Origin: Carpediemonas membranifera BICM
Lineage: Eukaryota > Protista > Fornicata
NCBI GenBank assembly: GCA_019828565.1
Contig: JAHDYR010000012.1
Span: 1,054,001-1,118,000 of the forward strand
Direction: 5' to 3'
DNA: 64,000 nt
The notes below the pieces were generated by a model, which saw only the letters and a list, made by a program, of their open reading frames with translations, was not told the origin of the DNA and did not search any database. Position 1 is the stretch's first letter. Every line of letters starts with the position of its first letter. Below, in pieces: positions 1 through 11,173 of this stretch. The position numbers were made by a program, and so were the translations under genes.

Positions 1-1131
1 ATACCAGAGTTAGAGGAATCCGAGTCGGAGCCCGAGGACGACGAGAACAGCGATTCCGAATCCGATAGCTCCGAGGATGAGGGCGTTGAGGACGAGATCG
101 ACAAGGAGGACCAGATAGTATCCGACATGGACAGCCAGTGCGACAGCGAGGATGCGGAAGACGAGGTCGCGTCCGAGGAGGATGCTGATACCGCCAACCC
201 GCTCGTCGAGGACGACCGCGAGGCAATCTCCGCCATGGAGAGCGCACTAGTGTCCGAAAAGCCCTGGCAGATGCGGGGCGAGATCAACGCGGCGATGCGG
301 CCGAAGGACAGTCTGCTGGACCAAGTGGTCGACTTCGACGTCGCGCTGAAGAGGGCACCTGAGCCCAGCGAGAACCTGGACGACCGCATCGAGGCGATGA
401 TCCGGCATCGGATCATAGAGCGGGAGTTTGACGACGTCGTGGCAAGGAAGGCACCCGAGACGGTCGGCGACGGCGACGAGCTTGCGACCAAGCCGAAGAC
501 GAAGGAGCTGCGCGGCCTTGCGGATGAGTATGCCGACGAGTTCATCAGGCAGGCTGGGCTCGAGGCGAAGGAGGTTCCCGCGGACGTACAGGCGCTGCGC
601 AAGGAGGTCCTGGGTCTCGCGGATAACTGCTTCAACCTCCTGGACTCCCTCGTGTCGACGCACCACCACCACCAGATCCGGGCGGACCTCACCGTCACAG
701 GCAAGCAGGGCGAGGACGTCCGTCTCGCCGCAGTCGCCTCAGGCACAATCGAGGCCGCCCTCGCTGCTGAGGCCAACGCCATCGATGAGCGCGACCGCCG
801 TGCCCGCGTTGACGCCGGCCGCACCGAGTTGACTCAGGAAGAGCGGCGTGCGCGTCGGTCTGCCAAGAAGGACCGTCAGAAGAAGCGGAACGCGGGGCAG
901 GAGGAGGCCCGGCAGGCAAAGGTCCGGCTTGTTCGTCAAAAGGAAGCTGGCGGGCTCGAGAAGACCACCCGTCGCGAGGACGCTATCATGCGGCGTAACG
1001 CGGAGATCGAGATGGCGCGGATGTCCAACGTCGAGAGCGGGAAGGGCGCTGACGGGAGCAACTACCAGATGGGCAAGTCCGTGTTCGGCATGCTGCAGGC
1101 GTCCCAGGAGAAGAAGGGCAAGAAGAAGTAG
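1..1131 (+). CDS. MPP10: U3 snoRNP protein MPP10 (5'-partial, runs off the window)
   Basis: Acidic N-terminal region, then EKPWQMRGEINAAMRPKDSLL and IEAMIRHRIIEREFDDVV, characteristic Mpp10 motifs; ELTQEERRARRSAKK basic tail. Confidence 0.9.
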   Translation: MPELEESESEPEDDENSDSESDSSEDEGVEDEIDKEDQIVSDMDSQCDSEDAEDEVASEEDADTANPLVEDDREAISAMESALVSEKPWQMRGEINAAMRPKDSLLDQVVDFDVALKRAPEPSENLDDRIEAMIRHRIIEREFDDVVARKAPETVGDGDELATKPKTKELRGLADEYADEFIRQAGLEAKEVPADVQALRKEVLGLADNCFNLLDSLVSTHHHHQIRADLTVTGKQGEDVRLAAVASGTIEAALAAEANAIDERDRRARVDAGRTELTQEERRARRSAKKDRQKKRNAGQEEARQAKVRLVRQKEAGGLEKTTRREDAIMRRNAEIEMARMSNVESGKGADGSNYQMGKSVFGMLQASQEKKGKKK

Positions 1132-1155
1132 ACTAAACGCGGTTCAATCCGATTT

Positions 1156-2672
1156 TTACATGACAACGGCGTCGAGCAGGCCCCGCAGCTGCCGCATGGA
1201 CCGCGCCAGCTCGAGCTCGATGCGGACCCTGGTCGCCAGGGTCTCGAGGGCCTCGTCGACGGCGGCCGTCTCCCCTGCGCCGGGACCGTGGATGTCGACG
1301 ATCGTCTCTGCAACGACCAGCAGCGTCTCGGCAAACGCCGCCGTCGCCAGCCGCCTGGAGACGAACTGAACCACGGCGACGAGCAGCGCCTCGTTGAAGT
1401 GCCTCACCGCCGACGCCAGTGTGTTCCTCTGGATCAGCTCGCCGAAGACGGCGACAATCTCCTCGGGCTTGCCGCGGGTCATGGCGACGTCGACGGCGCG
1501 TCTGAAGTCAAATGCCTTCAACATGGAGTCGAATGCCTTGAGCTTCTCCCGGCGCACATGCTCCACCGTCACGGCGTTCGTGGCGGCCGAGCCGAGAGAG
1601 CGTTCCCAATACTTCTTCGACCCTGCCCGCGGGCCTGTCTTGCGGCTGACGGGCATGAAGAACATGCTCTCCTTCTCCGTGCGGGCGGGCATTTGAGGCT
1701 CATCCCCCGCTCTATGGTAGAAGTGGACGGCCGACGCAGTGCCCACCGCGACGCGGCGCATGTCCGGTGAGACGTCCACGCCCGTGACGGGGGAGCCAAC
1801 GCTGATGGAGCGGACCGTTTCAAAGGACGCCGTATCGATGACCTTGGCGAAACCGTCGAGTCCGCCAGACACAACAAAGCTGTCGCGGTGGCTGAGGCAC
1901 ATCACCTGGCGCGAATGGACGTCCACGGAGGCCACAGGCGTGCTGCTGTCGAGTGTGAAGAAGTGCACCGTGCGGCCCGAGGCCACGGCGAAGAGGGACT
2001 CCGTCACCGCCTCGACGGCGTAGACAGAGTCGGGCAGCGTCGCCGTCCACGCCTCCTGGTTCGTCCGGGGGTCCCACAGCTTCACGGAGCCCGCCATGTC
2101 GCCCGTGATGGGGCCCACATGGCCGAACGACCCCGTCCCGGCCCGGACCAGGTCGCTGTGGCCGGTGAACTGGACGGCCTCGGAGCCCTTCACGATGTCC
2201 CACAGCCTCACAGTCGAGTCGTCCGAGCCCGAGACGGCCTGAGACGGCGTGAGTCCGAAGTCGGTAAAGTGCACGGGCGCCGTGTGGCCCGTCATCTTCC
2301 TCAACAGGTCCCGGTCCTCCACAGTGAAGATAGAGACATTACCGGAGGCATCTCCGGACACTAGCATGCGGCCATCTGGTCTGAACCGACACCCGAGAGA
2401 AACGGCTGTGAATCGAGAAAGGGAACGGCCGACAGAGGTAGCGCCGTACGAATACATGTCAATACGTGTGCCACATGATACCGCACAGTCATATGGTGCG
2501 GATGGACGGAACTGAAGGCCTGTACATGCTCCACTGATCGGCAACGAGCTAGGATTCTACGTTAGACGTTGTTGAAGAGGATAAAAACCTTAAAACTTCT
2601 CCAAAGCTCAACAGCAGGTGTAATCTTTTGCCTAGTTGGCAGAAGAACGGGCTGCAACGCTTGGTACTCCAT
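1156..2672 (-). CDS. UTP15: UTP15, SSU processome WD40 protein; 2 exons (2672-2589, 2556-1156)
   Basis: WD40 repeats (FRPDGRMLVSGD, SGSDDSTVRLWD, GHSDLVR) plus a UTP15_C-like helical C-terminus. A 32-nt GTTTTT...CTAACGTAG intron (2557-2588) joins MEYQALQP...LWRSFK in frame. Confidence 0.85.
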
Positions 2673-2850
2673 ATTCAGCACAGTCGGCTCGTTGCGTCCG
2701 GAAGTGGAACGAGATGACTGACTCAAAATGAGGATCCTCCCGCTTGTGCGAACCTACGCTTGCCCAAGCGCTGAAACAGGGCTAGACTGGCGGCACTACG
2801 TCAGTTTTAGCCTTGATCAGCTCGAGCAGTTTAAGGCTCACACGCTCAAA

Positions 2851-4224
2851 ATGTCCGTGGAAAAGCTCCGCACAGACCTATCTTCACTGGGATATACCAG
2901 TCCTATCACTCACAATACTTTCTCGGGGCCAAATTTTGCAGAAGTTGTCCGTATTCTTCTCTTTCTCTGCGACAAATTTGACTTGAACGTTCCTCTGCGA
3001 ACTGTGGATGAGGTTGTCGACGAAACTTTGACCAATGTGCCTTTCTTTTTGAACAGCATTGCTCTGGTCTTCTTCCAGAACGTTGGCATCCAGCTTGATC
3101 GCCAGAAATTGCTGAAGGCAAATTCCGAGGCCATCCCCGAGTTGCTGAAGGGCACCAATGTGCTCACGGCCGCATACCAGCTCGTCGAGGACTCTGTAGC
3201 ACCGCCCCCGGCTCCCACCGAGGCTCTGCAGACCGAGGCGCTCTCCCAGTCCGGCGACCTGCCCGCCAAGGCGGCCGTGTTGTACGACCTGCTCGAGAAG
3301 ACCGAGCGCATCATCAAGGCCCAGGCCGAAGCCCTCGACCGTGCGAACAAGTCAGATGCGGTGCAGCTTAAGCCGGCCCTGGACGGGCGAGCGTCCGAAC
3401 TCGGGGACCTGACGGCGCAGCAGGAGGCCATCCTCCGCGAGGCCGAGAGCGACAAGGTGGGTGCCGAGAGGAAGCTGCGGGAGCGCGAGGAGGAGCTGAA
3501 GCTTTCCGAGGAGCGTCTGTCAACCCTAGACAACGTCCGGCCCGTTTTCACCGAGGAGTTGTCCGCCCTCGAGGAGAAGCTGCAGGCCCTGCATGCCGAG
3601 TACGTCGACAAGTTCATGACGCTCGACTACCTCCGCGACGTGGTCGGTGGGCAGGAGACGGCGATGGCGTCCCAGCGGAAGGTGGCTGACGACCAGCTCC
3701 ACAGGCTCCGGGACCGCGCCAGACAAGACCGTGTCGCCAACTACCTCGACGACGGGGCCGGGGAGGACTCGATGGAGCTCCCGCCGGACCTTGGTGCGGC
3801 CGGGGACGACAGTTTGAACCTGTACGATGGCTCGATGGACGGGGGCGACCTCGACGCGTCGTTCGAACAGCCCAACGGCATGCAAGCCGGCAACGGAGAC
3901 CTCTTCGAGGAGCCCGAGCGGGCTAGGCCCAGGCCAGGCGGCGACAGGGCGCAGAGCAGGCTCGGGCACAGACCCTCGAGGATGCCCGCCCCTCTCCCCG
4001 ATGACGACTTGACACTCGACGGGCTCGATCTCGACGACGAGGAGGACCCCCTCGATGCCCTGCCCGATAGCGCGGACGAGGTGAGCGCGCCGTCCGGCTA
4101 CGGTGCGGCTGGCGTGGCGGGGGGGTCGTTCGGGTCGGACCTGGGCGGCGGGCTCGGGAGTGAGGGCGATCTCTTCGGTGAGGACGAGGACGACATCCAG
4201 AGCCTGTCAGACGATGACTTCTGA
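2851..4224 (+). CDS. CLUAP1: Clusterin-associated protein 1 / IFT38
   Basis: MSVEKLRTDLSSLGYTSPITHNTFSGPNFAEVVRILLFL resembles the CLUAP1 N-terminus; RLSTLDNVRPVFTEEL..LEEKLQALHAEYVDKF coiled coil; acidic tail ending DDDF. Confidence 0.85.
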   Translation: MSVEKLRTDLSSLGYTSPITHNTFSGPNFAEVVRILLFLCDKFDLNVPLRTVDEVVDETLTNVPFFLNSIALVFFQNVGIQLDRQKLLKANSEAIPELLKGTNVLTAAYQLVEDSVAPPPAPTEALQTEALSQSGDLPAKAAVLYDLLEKTERIIKAQAEALDRANKSDAVQLKPALDGRASELGDLTAQQEAILREAESDKVGAERKLREREEELKLSEERLSTLDNVRPVFTEELSALEEKLQALHAEYVDKFMTLDYLRDVVGGQETAMASQRKVADDQLHRLRDRARQDRVANYLDDGAGEDSMELPPDLGAAGDDSLNLYDGSMDGGDLDASFEQPNGMQAGNGDLFEEPERARPRPGGDRAQSRLGHRPSRMPAPLPDDDLTLDGLDLDDEEDPLDALPDSADEVSAPSGYGAAGVAGGSFGSDLGGGLGSEGDLFGEDEDDIQSLSDDDF

Positions 4225-4296
4225 GCAACGGGCGGTGTAAATGAGCTTGCTGTAGCCCCATAGTTGTGATCCGCCGACTGGGTGTCGGGTCAGAGG

Positions 4297-6698
4297 ATGT
4301 CTTTCAAACAGTATGGCCCCAACGCCACGGCTAACACAGACTGGTGGATGGACTGTCCCAATCCATCCGAGAGCTCCGTAAGATGGCCTTGATGGAGGAT
4401 TACAAGGGCACATACCCACTGATCGGCGATGAGATCGAGTACAAGACAGGGGACTTCCAGCTGGAGCTCCATAGGGCCGAATTTGAGGCCCAGCACATCG
4501 TGTTCGACCAGTTCAGCCTCGAGGAATTCCTCTTACTGGCCCCGTCGACGACCGTCACCATTCGGCCCCCCGCTCCATGGGCTACGGCCCTGCCAACCAT
4601 GCAGAGCGCTCTCAACGTCGCCTGTAGGAACACAGCATGCGACATACCGGCCTTTGTTCTGGGCAGGACGTCCGACGGCGTGCTGTCAACCGCGGATGCA
4701 TTCACCGGCCGCACCTTGGGTGAGCGGAAGTTCTTCCTCGAGCACTTCCAGGAGACCACAGAAGGTCCGACGCGTCTGTCCAACGGCATGAGGCTGGCAA
4801 CGCCCCTTTCCCCGACCCAGTTGTGGAGGAGTGTCGCTCAGTTCTGCTCGGTCGCACCCAACGCCGTTGTCGGCCGCGAGACCCTAACCGTTACATGCCG
4901 CAAGTCTGGCTGGTCTGGTTCATGGCGCCAGGGTATGCCGCAGTGGTCGGGCGGCCCTGTGGCGGACCCCGTAGAGGCCCTGTCCGTCGACCTCGTCTGG
5001 CCCAGAGCCCGCGCGGGATCCTTTGATTCGTTCACAGTGAGCCCCGTAGAGGCGCCCGTGTGGACCGCCAGCCTTGTCCCGCGTGTGGGTGAGCCTCTGA
5101 CCCTCCATGGGCGGCTTGTGAGCATGGCCCGCATCCTAGCGGCGTCCCTGCGGTCAACGGGCACAGACATCTTCCCGGAGGAGTTCGAGGTCACCAGCCC
5201 TGGCTGTGTCGACCCTCTTCGCGCCTCTTCCTCGTTTGGCCTGAAGGCAGACCCGCGCGGCAGTCTACTCCAGAGGGTCGCCCTGAAGGCCGCGGACGAC
5301 GGCTCCCTCAAGCACGCGGCAGGTCTGTGGCGCGGCATGGTGCAGTGGATGTCGGCCCACTGGGCGGAGCGGGAGCTCATGCCGCTGGTGGGTGCCGACC
5401 CGCCCAACATGGCGCACGGCCTCGTGTTCCAGCGGTTGGCGATGGTCAATGTCGCGATCGCCGAGTACAACCGGAACCCCGCCCGTTACGAGGGCGTCGA
5501 CCGGGCCCCGGCCGAGGAGGACCTGCCTCCGGTCCCGGAGCAGAATGCCGAGGGTGACAGCAAGGGCCTCGACAACTGGGGCGACGACGACCTCGACCTC
5601 TCTGATTCCGACTCGGATGCCGAGTTCGAGGCCTTCGACAACGAGCCGACCGAGCTCCCACCCCCCCGAGGCGTGCTGGCCCCCATGCCGGGGACGTTCC
5701 TGCTCGCCTTCCCTGCCCTTCCGCTGAACGTGCCGCTGACCCAGCCTACACCGCCGATGAGCGAGGAGAAGCTGCGGGTCCACGAAGAGGTGCTCATCGG
5801 TCTGGCCGGCAGCGACAGCGAGGTCCGGGACCGCTACCACTCCGCCCAGCTGCTCAGCGACATGCGCGCGTTCAAGGCCGCCAACCCCGCGGCGGCGCTC
5901 GAGGACTTCATCCGTTGGTACTCGCCCAACGACTGGGTGCCCGCTCAACCCGAGCACAACGTTGACATCGCCCTTGACGTCGAGCTGCCGCCCGAGCTGA
6001 AGGCCGCGGGTGTGACAGAGGCGACTGTGAAGAATGCCCGCCGCGTCATCGGCTACCAGCTATCTCCCCGCATGGCCGCGCCCACTGGCCTGTGGCGCGT
6101 GTTGTGGAGCAGCGCAGACCCCGTTGCTGCCGACGAGCAGGCGCCGCTGTTCGACGCCATCGGAGAGGCCGAGACGACGCTAGTGGCGCTGGAGACGATG
6201 CCGTTCTGCTCGGTCTGCTTCGAGTTGTTCTGGACGCTGCTGGAGTACAGCCTCACCGTGCTGGACGCCGCCCATAAGGTCATCCCGCCGGTGGTCACGC
6301 GGTTCGATGAACTCAAGGCGTTTGTACGCCAGAAGGCGCGTGGCATCGCGGACGGCCCGGAATACAACAAGGACATGGCCCTGGTCGACGAGATCCTGCC
6401 CGTTGTCGCGGAGGTCGAGTTGAAAACTTCGCTTGTCGCGTCACTATACACGAAGCTCGACGCGTCCGAGGAGTCGACCCGCGACCTCATCCACTCGCTG
6501 GTGTCTACGGGGTCGGCGTTCGTCGAGGAGGAGTCCCGCGGAAACGTCGCCCAGGCGCTGGGGAAAGCGATCGAGCGGCCCCAGTTGTTCCAGCTGATGG
6601 GGGAGGCCGAGAAGCCCGCGTTGACGTTTGGATACAGCCTGGCGACGGCGCGGAGGTCGCACCGGCTATCAATGGTGATCGACGGGGAGTTTGAGTAA
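4297..6698 (+). CDS. RAB3GAP1: Rab3 GTPase-activating protein catalytic subunit; 2 exons (4297-4310, 4340-6698)
   Basis: LLSDMRAFKAANPAAALEDFIRWYSPNDW and LSPRM..PTGLW..LW..A.PV.A.EQ.PLFD motifs. A 29-nt GTATGG...CTAACACAG intron (4311-4339) supplies an in-frame ATG. Confidence 0.9.
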
Positions 6699-7268
6699 AT
6701 GTATGTTCGCGCTGTAATCGCAGGGAGTCCAGTCGGCCAACTGATGGAGGCCTCGTGTAGCCCCGTGATAATGAACGCGATTCATCCCCATGTGAAGGTC
6801 AAACAATGTCCCCTATACATGCAAGCTCTATAAAACCGCCGGGCTGGAGAAAGGTCCCGGGGTGTCGAGTCACGAAGTCACCATGCCGCATTTTAAAAGA
6901 AAAGTAAGCAGACCACACTACAATGGCACACCAGTCAGCCCTCACCAACATTGCACACGTCTTTCACTGAGATGCAGTAAAGTCCATGTGCTTGCTTTAG
7001 ATGCGTGGGTGCCATTGTTGTAAAGCTTCCATGGTGCCACCAGCATTTGCTCCCCGTTCATGTTGGACGTGGGCGCCGCACCTATTGATACTGGGTCGAT
7101 GCCTCTGGAAACCTGGCAGTTTTATGGGACTGGATGGAGAAATGGACCCCGTCCATGGCATTGTACTCGCTGTCTGGTTGAAAAGCGAGCCAAGGTCGTG
7201 CTGACACATGATCAGATCCGAGTTACAGCAGTCTCATGTAAAGCCATTTATATACCCGCCCTCACGCC

Positions 7269-8436
7269 TCACGTCTTCATCTGGTCCCTCATGCACTGCT
7301 GGCAGGCTACAATGACCCCGGGCGAGGACATGGCCTCGATGCACCTCGAGCAGGAGACGCACTTGACGCGGGTCAGGTCGTGGTTCTGCATCATAAGCTT
7401 CACAATGTGGGGCTCGGCGATAAAAGGTCGGCACATCGCCACTGCGTCGCAGACGCCGCTGTCGATGAGACGGTCGGCACCGCTGGGTGTTCTGATGCCG
7501 CCAACTGCGATGACCGTGACGCCCAGGGGAGCGAGGGCGTCTCTGATGGCCTTGGTCTCATTCCTATGGTAGCCCTGTTTGTCTAGTGGGAAGAAGTTGC
7601 CCTTCCGGATCGCCTGGTACGCGCCGTACTTCACCCCGCCCGAGACCTCGACCGCGTCCAGCCCGGGGATGCTGCTGAGTGCATCAATGGTAGTCTGCAC
7701 AGTCGACCCGACCGGACGGCCGTCGATGTCGAAGTAGTCGGAGCCGTTGATCTTGACGGCGAGCGGGAAGTCAGGGCCCACGAGTGCCCGGGCCTTGGCG
7801 ACAATGTTGCGGAGGAATAGCGCCCTGTCCTTGCCGTACTGTGTAAGATGGGGGCGGGCGGTGACGAACTCGGTCGGGCCTCCGGTTGACAGCGGGGGAA
7901 AGCGTCGTCGATATGAGGTAGCCATGCCCGGCGTGGAACTGCACGCCGTCGTAGCCGGCAATGCGCTTGCATCTAGCTGCGGCTGCGGCAAATGCGTCTT
8001 CGAGCGCCTCGAGCTCCTCTATGGTATACTCCTCAGCCTCGATGGGCATCTTCACGGTCGCACGAAGCGTCAAGTCGTCCGGTAACGAGCAGATGGTCTT
8101 CGGGCTGTCCGTAATGGAGGCATATCCACCGTGCGTGAGCTGTGCCATGATCGCGCTGCCGTGAATGTGGCTGGCGTCGACGATCTTCTTGTGCTCGGCA
8201 GCGATCTTGTCGTTGGCAAGGCTAAGCTGAACATCTTTCACTCTTCCATTCTCAGTGACGAATGCATGAGAGGCGATGATGAGTCCAAGGCCTCCTTGGG
8301 CCAGTGTGTCGTACCAGGCGACGAGTTCCCTCGTAGCACCGCCCTTTGGCGTCGCCATCGCCTCCCACGTGGCAGAACGAATCCACCTGTTATGGAGAGT
8401 GAGCTTGTTGATTTCGATAGACTTCCACACCGACAT
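7269..8436 (-). CDS. NADH:flavin oxidoreductase / old yellow enzyme family; 2 exons (8436-7870, 7838-7269)
   Basis: NRWIRSATWE, AQLTHGG, GYDGVQFHAGHGYLIS..LSP..NRRPD, VIAVGGIR, AMCRPFIAEP and a C-terminal CVSCSRC. A 31-nt GTTCGT...CTTACACAG intron (7839-7869) joins the two ORF-track frames. Confidence 0.9.
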
Positions 8437-8757
8437 ACGATGGATTGAGTGTCAGTGATGATTGGCCGTATCCTGCCGCATGATTTGATAGTGATCTGAT
8501 GAAGCAGTAGACATCGTGATTCAACAACCCTCAATCCGTATCTGTAGAGCCTCTCACTGTGGCCCCGAGACCAACCTCAGCAAAATGTGCTCAGCAGACC
8601 AGCCTGTGCCCTGTTTGCCACAGGACCGAGCTGGTCTCCACAAAAAGGCCATACCTGAGCCCTCTAGGTGAAAGATGGCATGCACACTCAGGTCAATGTG
8701 AAAGTCAGGCGCTACAGTTGTCAAGGGTTTACACGTGACACACGGCGCTCGACGGTC

Positions 8758-10941
8758 CTAGCAGTTCCCCAGCATCTCGTGCATCACGAACCCGCAATCG
8801 CACACGTTGCCCGAGGAACCACAGACGGACTTGGTCGGCACTGTTCGCACGATCATGAAGGTCAGCAGCATGGCAGTCAGAATGACGAACGACGTTAGTA
8901 TCGCGTGCTTCACCCGGCCGAACGGCGTGCGACGGTGCCGGCACGTCCAAGCCTTGCGGTAGGGCGTGCCAACGAATGTCTGAACGAGGAAGAGGACGGC
9001 GTAGTCGGCCAGGAGCTGGATGGCGAACTGCACGAGGGTCTGCTCGATGAGCTCAACGCCGTCAACCTTGCCGCCCTGGAAGCGTTCATAGTTGAAGTTG
9101 AACAGCAGACTGTCGTCACGGAACGCCCAGGTCAGGAAGGCAGAGAGGAAGATCGCAACAGATTCGAAAATAATCGAGTAATTGCCATCCATCGCCCGGA
9201 ACGTGCCAAGGTTGCGCCGGAATGCAGCGACCTTGTCATCGGGGATAACACGGTCGATGTCATCGTAGTATCCCAGCTTTCGAGAGAAGAATATCGTGAC
9301 TGACTCACCCGTGACCCGATCCCGCCATGGCCGTACGTCCGGCAGACGGCATGTAACCGCGCCGTCTCCTTCAAAGTCTGACCCCGAGGGCCTCAGCCCG
9401 TCCGTCGAAGCCCCCTCCTCACTGGGGAGCAGGGCAAACGCACTCAGGCCAGAGCTCGACATCTCCGACGGCTCGACGGCATCGAGGAAGCGGGAGTTGT
9501 TGAGGTTGAGCTGCTGCGGCGGGCGGACCGCGACGGCGTGGACGGGCGGGGCATCCTCGTCGTTGTCGGACGAGGAGCAGTCTTCTATCGCACGGTCCGC
9601 GGCCACCGCTGCGGCAATGGACTCCTTCATGAGGTTCCGCTCCGTGGACGGGGACAAGACCGGCTTGAACAGCGGCATGATGGGCGTCGTGGCCCCGGAC
9701 CCGTGCCGAGCCGAGTCGAGGATGACGGACTCGCTAACATCGTCGCCGCGTGTGGAGACGGGGTAGCTCGCCTGCTGGATCCCTGCCAGCTGCTGGTGCC
9801 TGCGTCGGCGCAGCTCCTTGGCGTGGGTGGCGTTGTAAACCTTGCGGTAGATGGTCACGGCGAGGTCGTCCCAGATGAAAGTTGTCAGGCGCATCGACAT
9901 GCTCGTCAAGAAGTTCAGCATGGACGCCACAGTCAACCACAGCACCGAGTCGACGTTGATGATGAGGAAACGTCCCATGAGCGCCATGGTCATGGGGAAG
10001 GTTTGGATGAAGGCGTGCGTCGCGTCATCGAATGTATTGCGAAGGAGCAGTGATGCGCTGATCCTGACGCATACGAGGAATGCCTGCTCGAAGAGGGGGT
10101 GGATTATAACGCGGAAAATGATGCGGACGGCGAGGGGGTACACAGGAAGGAACTTGAAGACGATGTTGCCGTAGACGAAGTAGAGGGCGCTGACCAGGGT
10201 GTTGGTGATCCCGACGACGAACAGTGTGGGCATGTGTCGCGTGTTCCGCCAGATGATCCAGCCGCCCAGCCAGGCATTGAACATGCCGATGAGAAAGTAG
10301 ACAACGTTGAGCGAGTGCATCGACCAGTTCGTCCAGAGGTACGAGAAGGAGAAGAAGGCCGTATACGCGACCGTGATGAGCATCGAGAGGTTCATGGTCC
10401 CCTTGGTCGTCTGCTTCGGCCACATCAGGAGGCAGAGCGGCGCTACAGGACTGATGTCGGCGAGGAAGGCGCCAGCTGCGGCCACCTGGGTCGTCCAGCC
10501 CCAGTTGACGTAGCTCTCGGGATTGGAGGGGTCAGCGCCATTAGTCAGAGGGGCCAGAGACAGGCTGACGGCGACCAGGAGCGGCATCGCCGCCACGCCG
10601 AGACCGAAGGCATAGAGACGGAGGAGGTGGGTGAGTGAGAAGAATAGATTCTTGCGGACCTTGAAGCGCAGCATGCTCCTTTCCTTCATGAGCTGGATCT
10701 TAGAGGGCGTACCGGACATTGGTTGGGAGCTGCTTGCAGATAAGCCGCCTATCACCACCTGCCGTATTTCAGGAGCTCCATTGGCCTGAATTTTCCCAGT
10801 GTGCAGTTCTGATCTGGCGGCAAAGTTCTCATGGCGCAGCATTCCGTGCGGGAATGATGATTCCAACGATGTTGAAGTGCACACATTATCCCCAATTGTT
10901 TCAATCTGCGCTTGTTCGGCAGATCCTGGGATTGTCGACAT
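8758..10941 (-). CDS. Multi-pass membrane protein of unknown function
   Basis: 727-aa ORF with about 10-12 hydrophobic segments split by a low-complexity loop. Confidence 0.7.
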   Translation of the reverse strand: MSTIPGSAEQAQIETIGDNVCTSTSLESSFPHGMLRHENFAARSELHTGKIQANGAPEIRQVVIGGLSASSSQPMSGTPSKIQLMKERSMLRFKVRKNLFFSLTHLLRLYAFGLGVAAMPLLVAVSLSLAPLTNGADPSNPESYVNWGWTTQVAAAGAFLADISPVAPLCLLMWPKQTTKGTMNLSMLITVAYTAFFSFSYLWTNWSMHSLNVVYFLIGMFNAWLGGWIIWRNTRHMPTLFVVGITNTLVSALYFVYGNIVFKFLPVYPLAVRIIFRVIIHPLFEQAFLVCVRISASLLLRNTFDDATHAFIQTFPMTMALMGRFLIINVDSVLWLTVASMLNFLTSMSMRLTTFIWDDLAVTIYRKVYNATHAKELRRRRHQQLAGIQQASYPVSTRGDDVSESVILDSARHGSGATTPIMPLFKPVLSPSTERNLMKESIAAAVAADRAIEDCSSSDNDEDAPPVHAVAVRPPQQLNLNNSRFLDAVEPSEMSSSGLSAFALLPSEEGASTDGLRPSGSDFEGDGAVTCRLPDVRPWRDRVTGESVTIFFSRKLGYYDDIDRVIPDDKVAAFRRNLGTFRAMDGNYSIIFESVAIFLSAFLTWAFRDDSLLFNFNYERFQGGKVDGVELIEQTLVQFAIQLLADYAVLFLVQTFVGTPYRKAWTCRHRRTPFGRVKHAILTSFVILTAMLLTFMIVRTVPTKSVCGSSGNVCDCGFVMHEMLGNC

Positions 10942-11173
10942 TCACGGTCGCGTCTGTCAGTTGGAGATGTGGGCCAGAGCTTAAATTCCGCGTCTTAAAT
11001 TTCAAAACTGGAATTCGACTGACACGTCCATGGATGATCTGCAGCATCTTGCCCGCTAGAAGGAATACCACCTGGAGTCTCTCCGTCATGAGAATGCCTC
11101 GTCACCAAATCATTGACCGTCGTTGACCATGGTAGTTTACGGTAACAATGTAACAACTGCGCGAGGATCAACG

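Noticed and set aside
6700-7260. Short ORFs in the gap between RAB3GAP1 and the OYE gene
   Set aside because: No motif, coding bias or repeat structure that I can support
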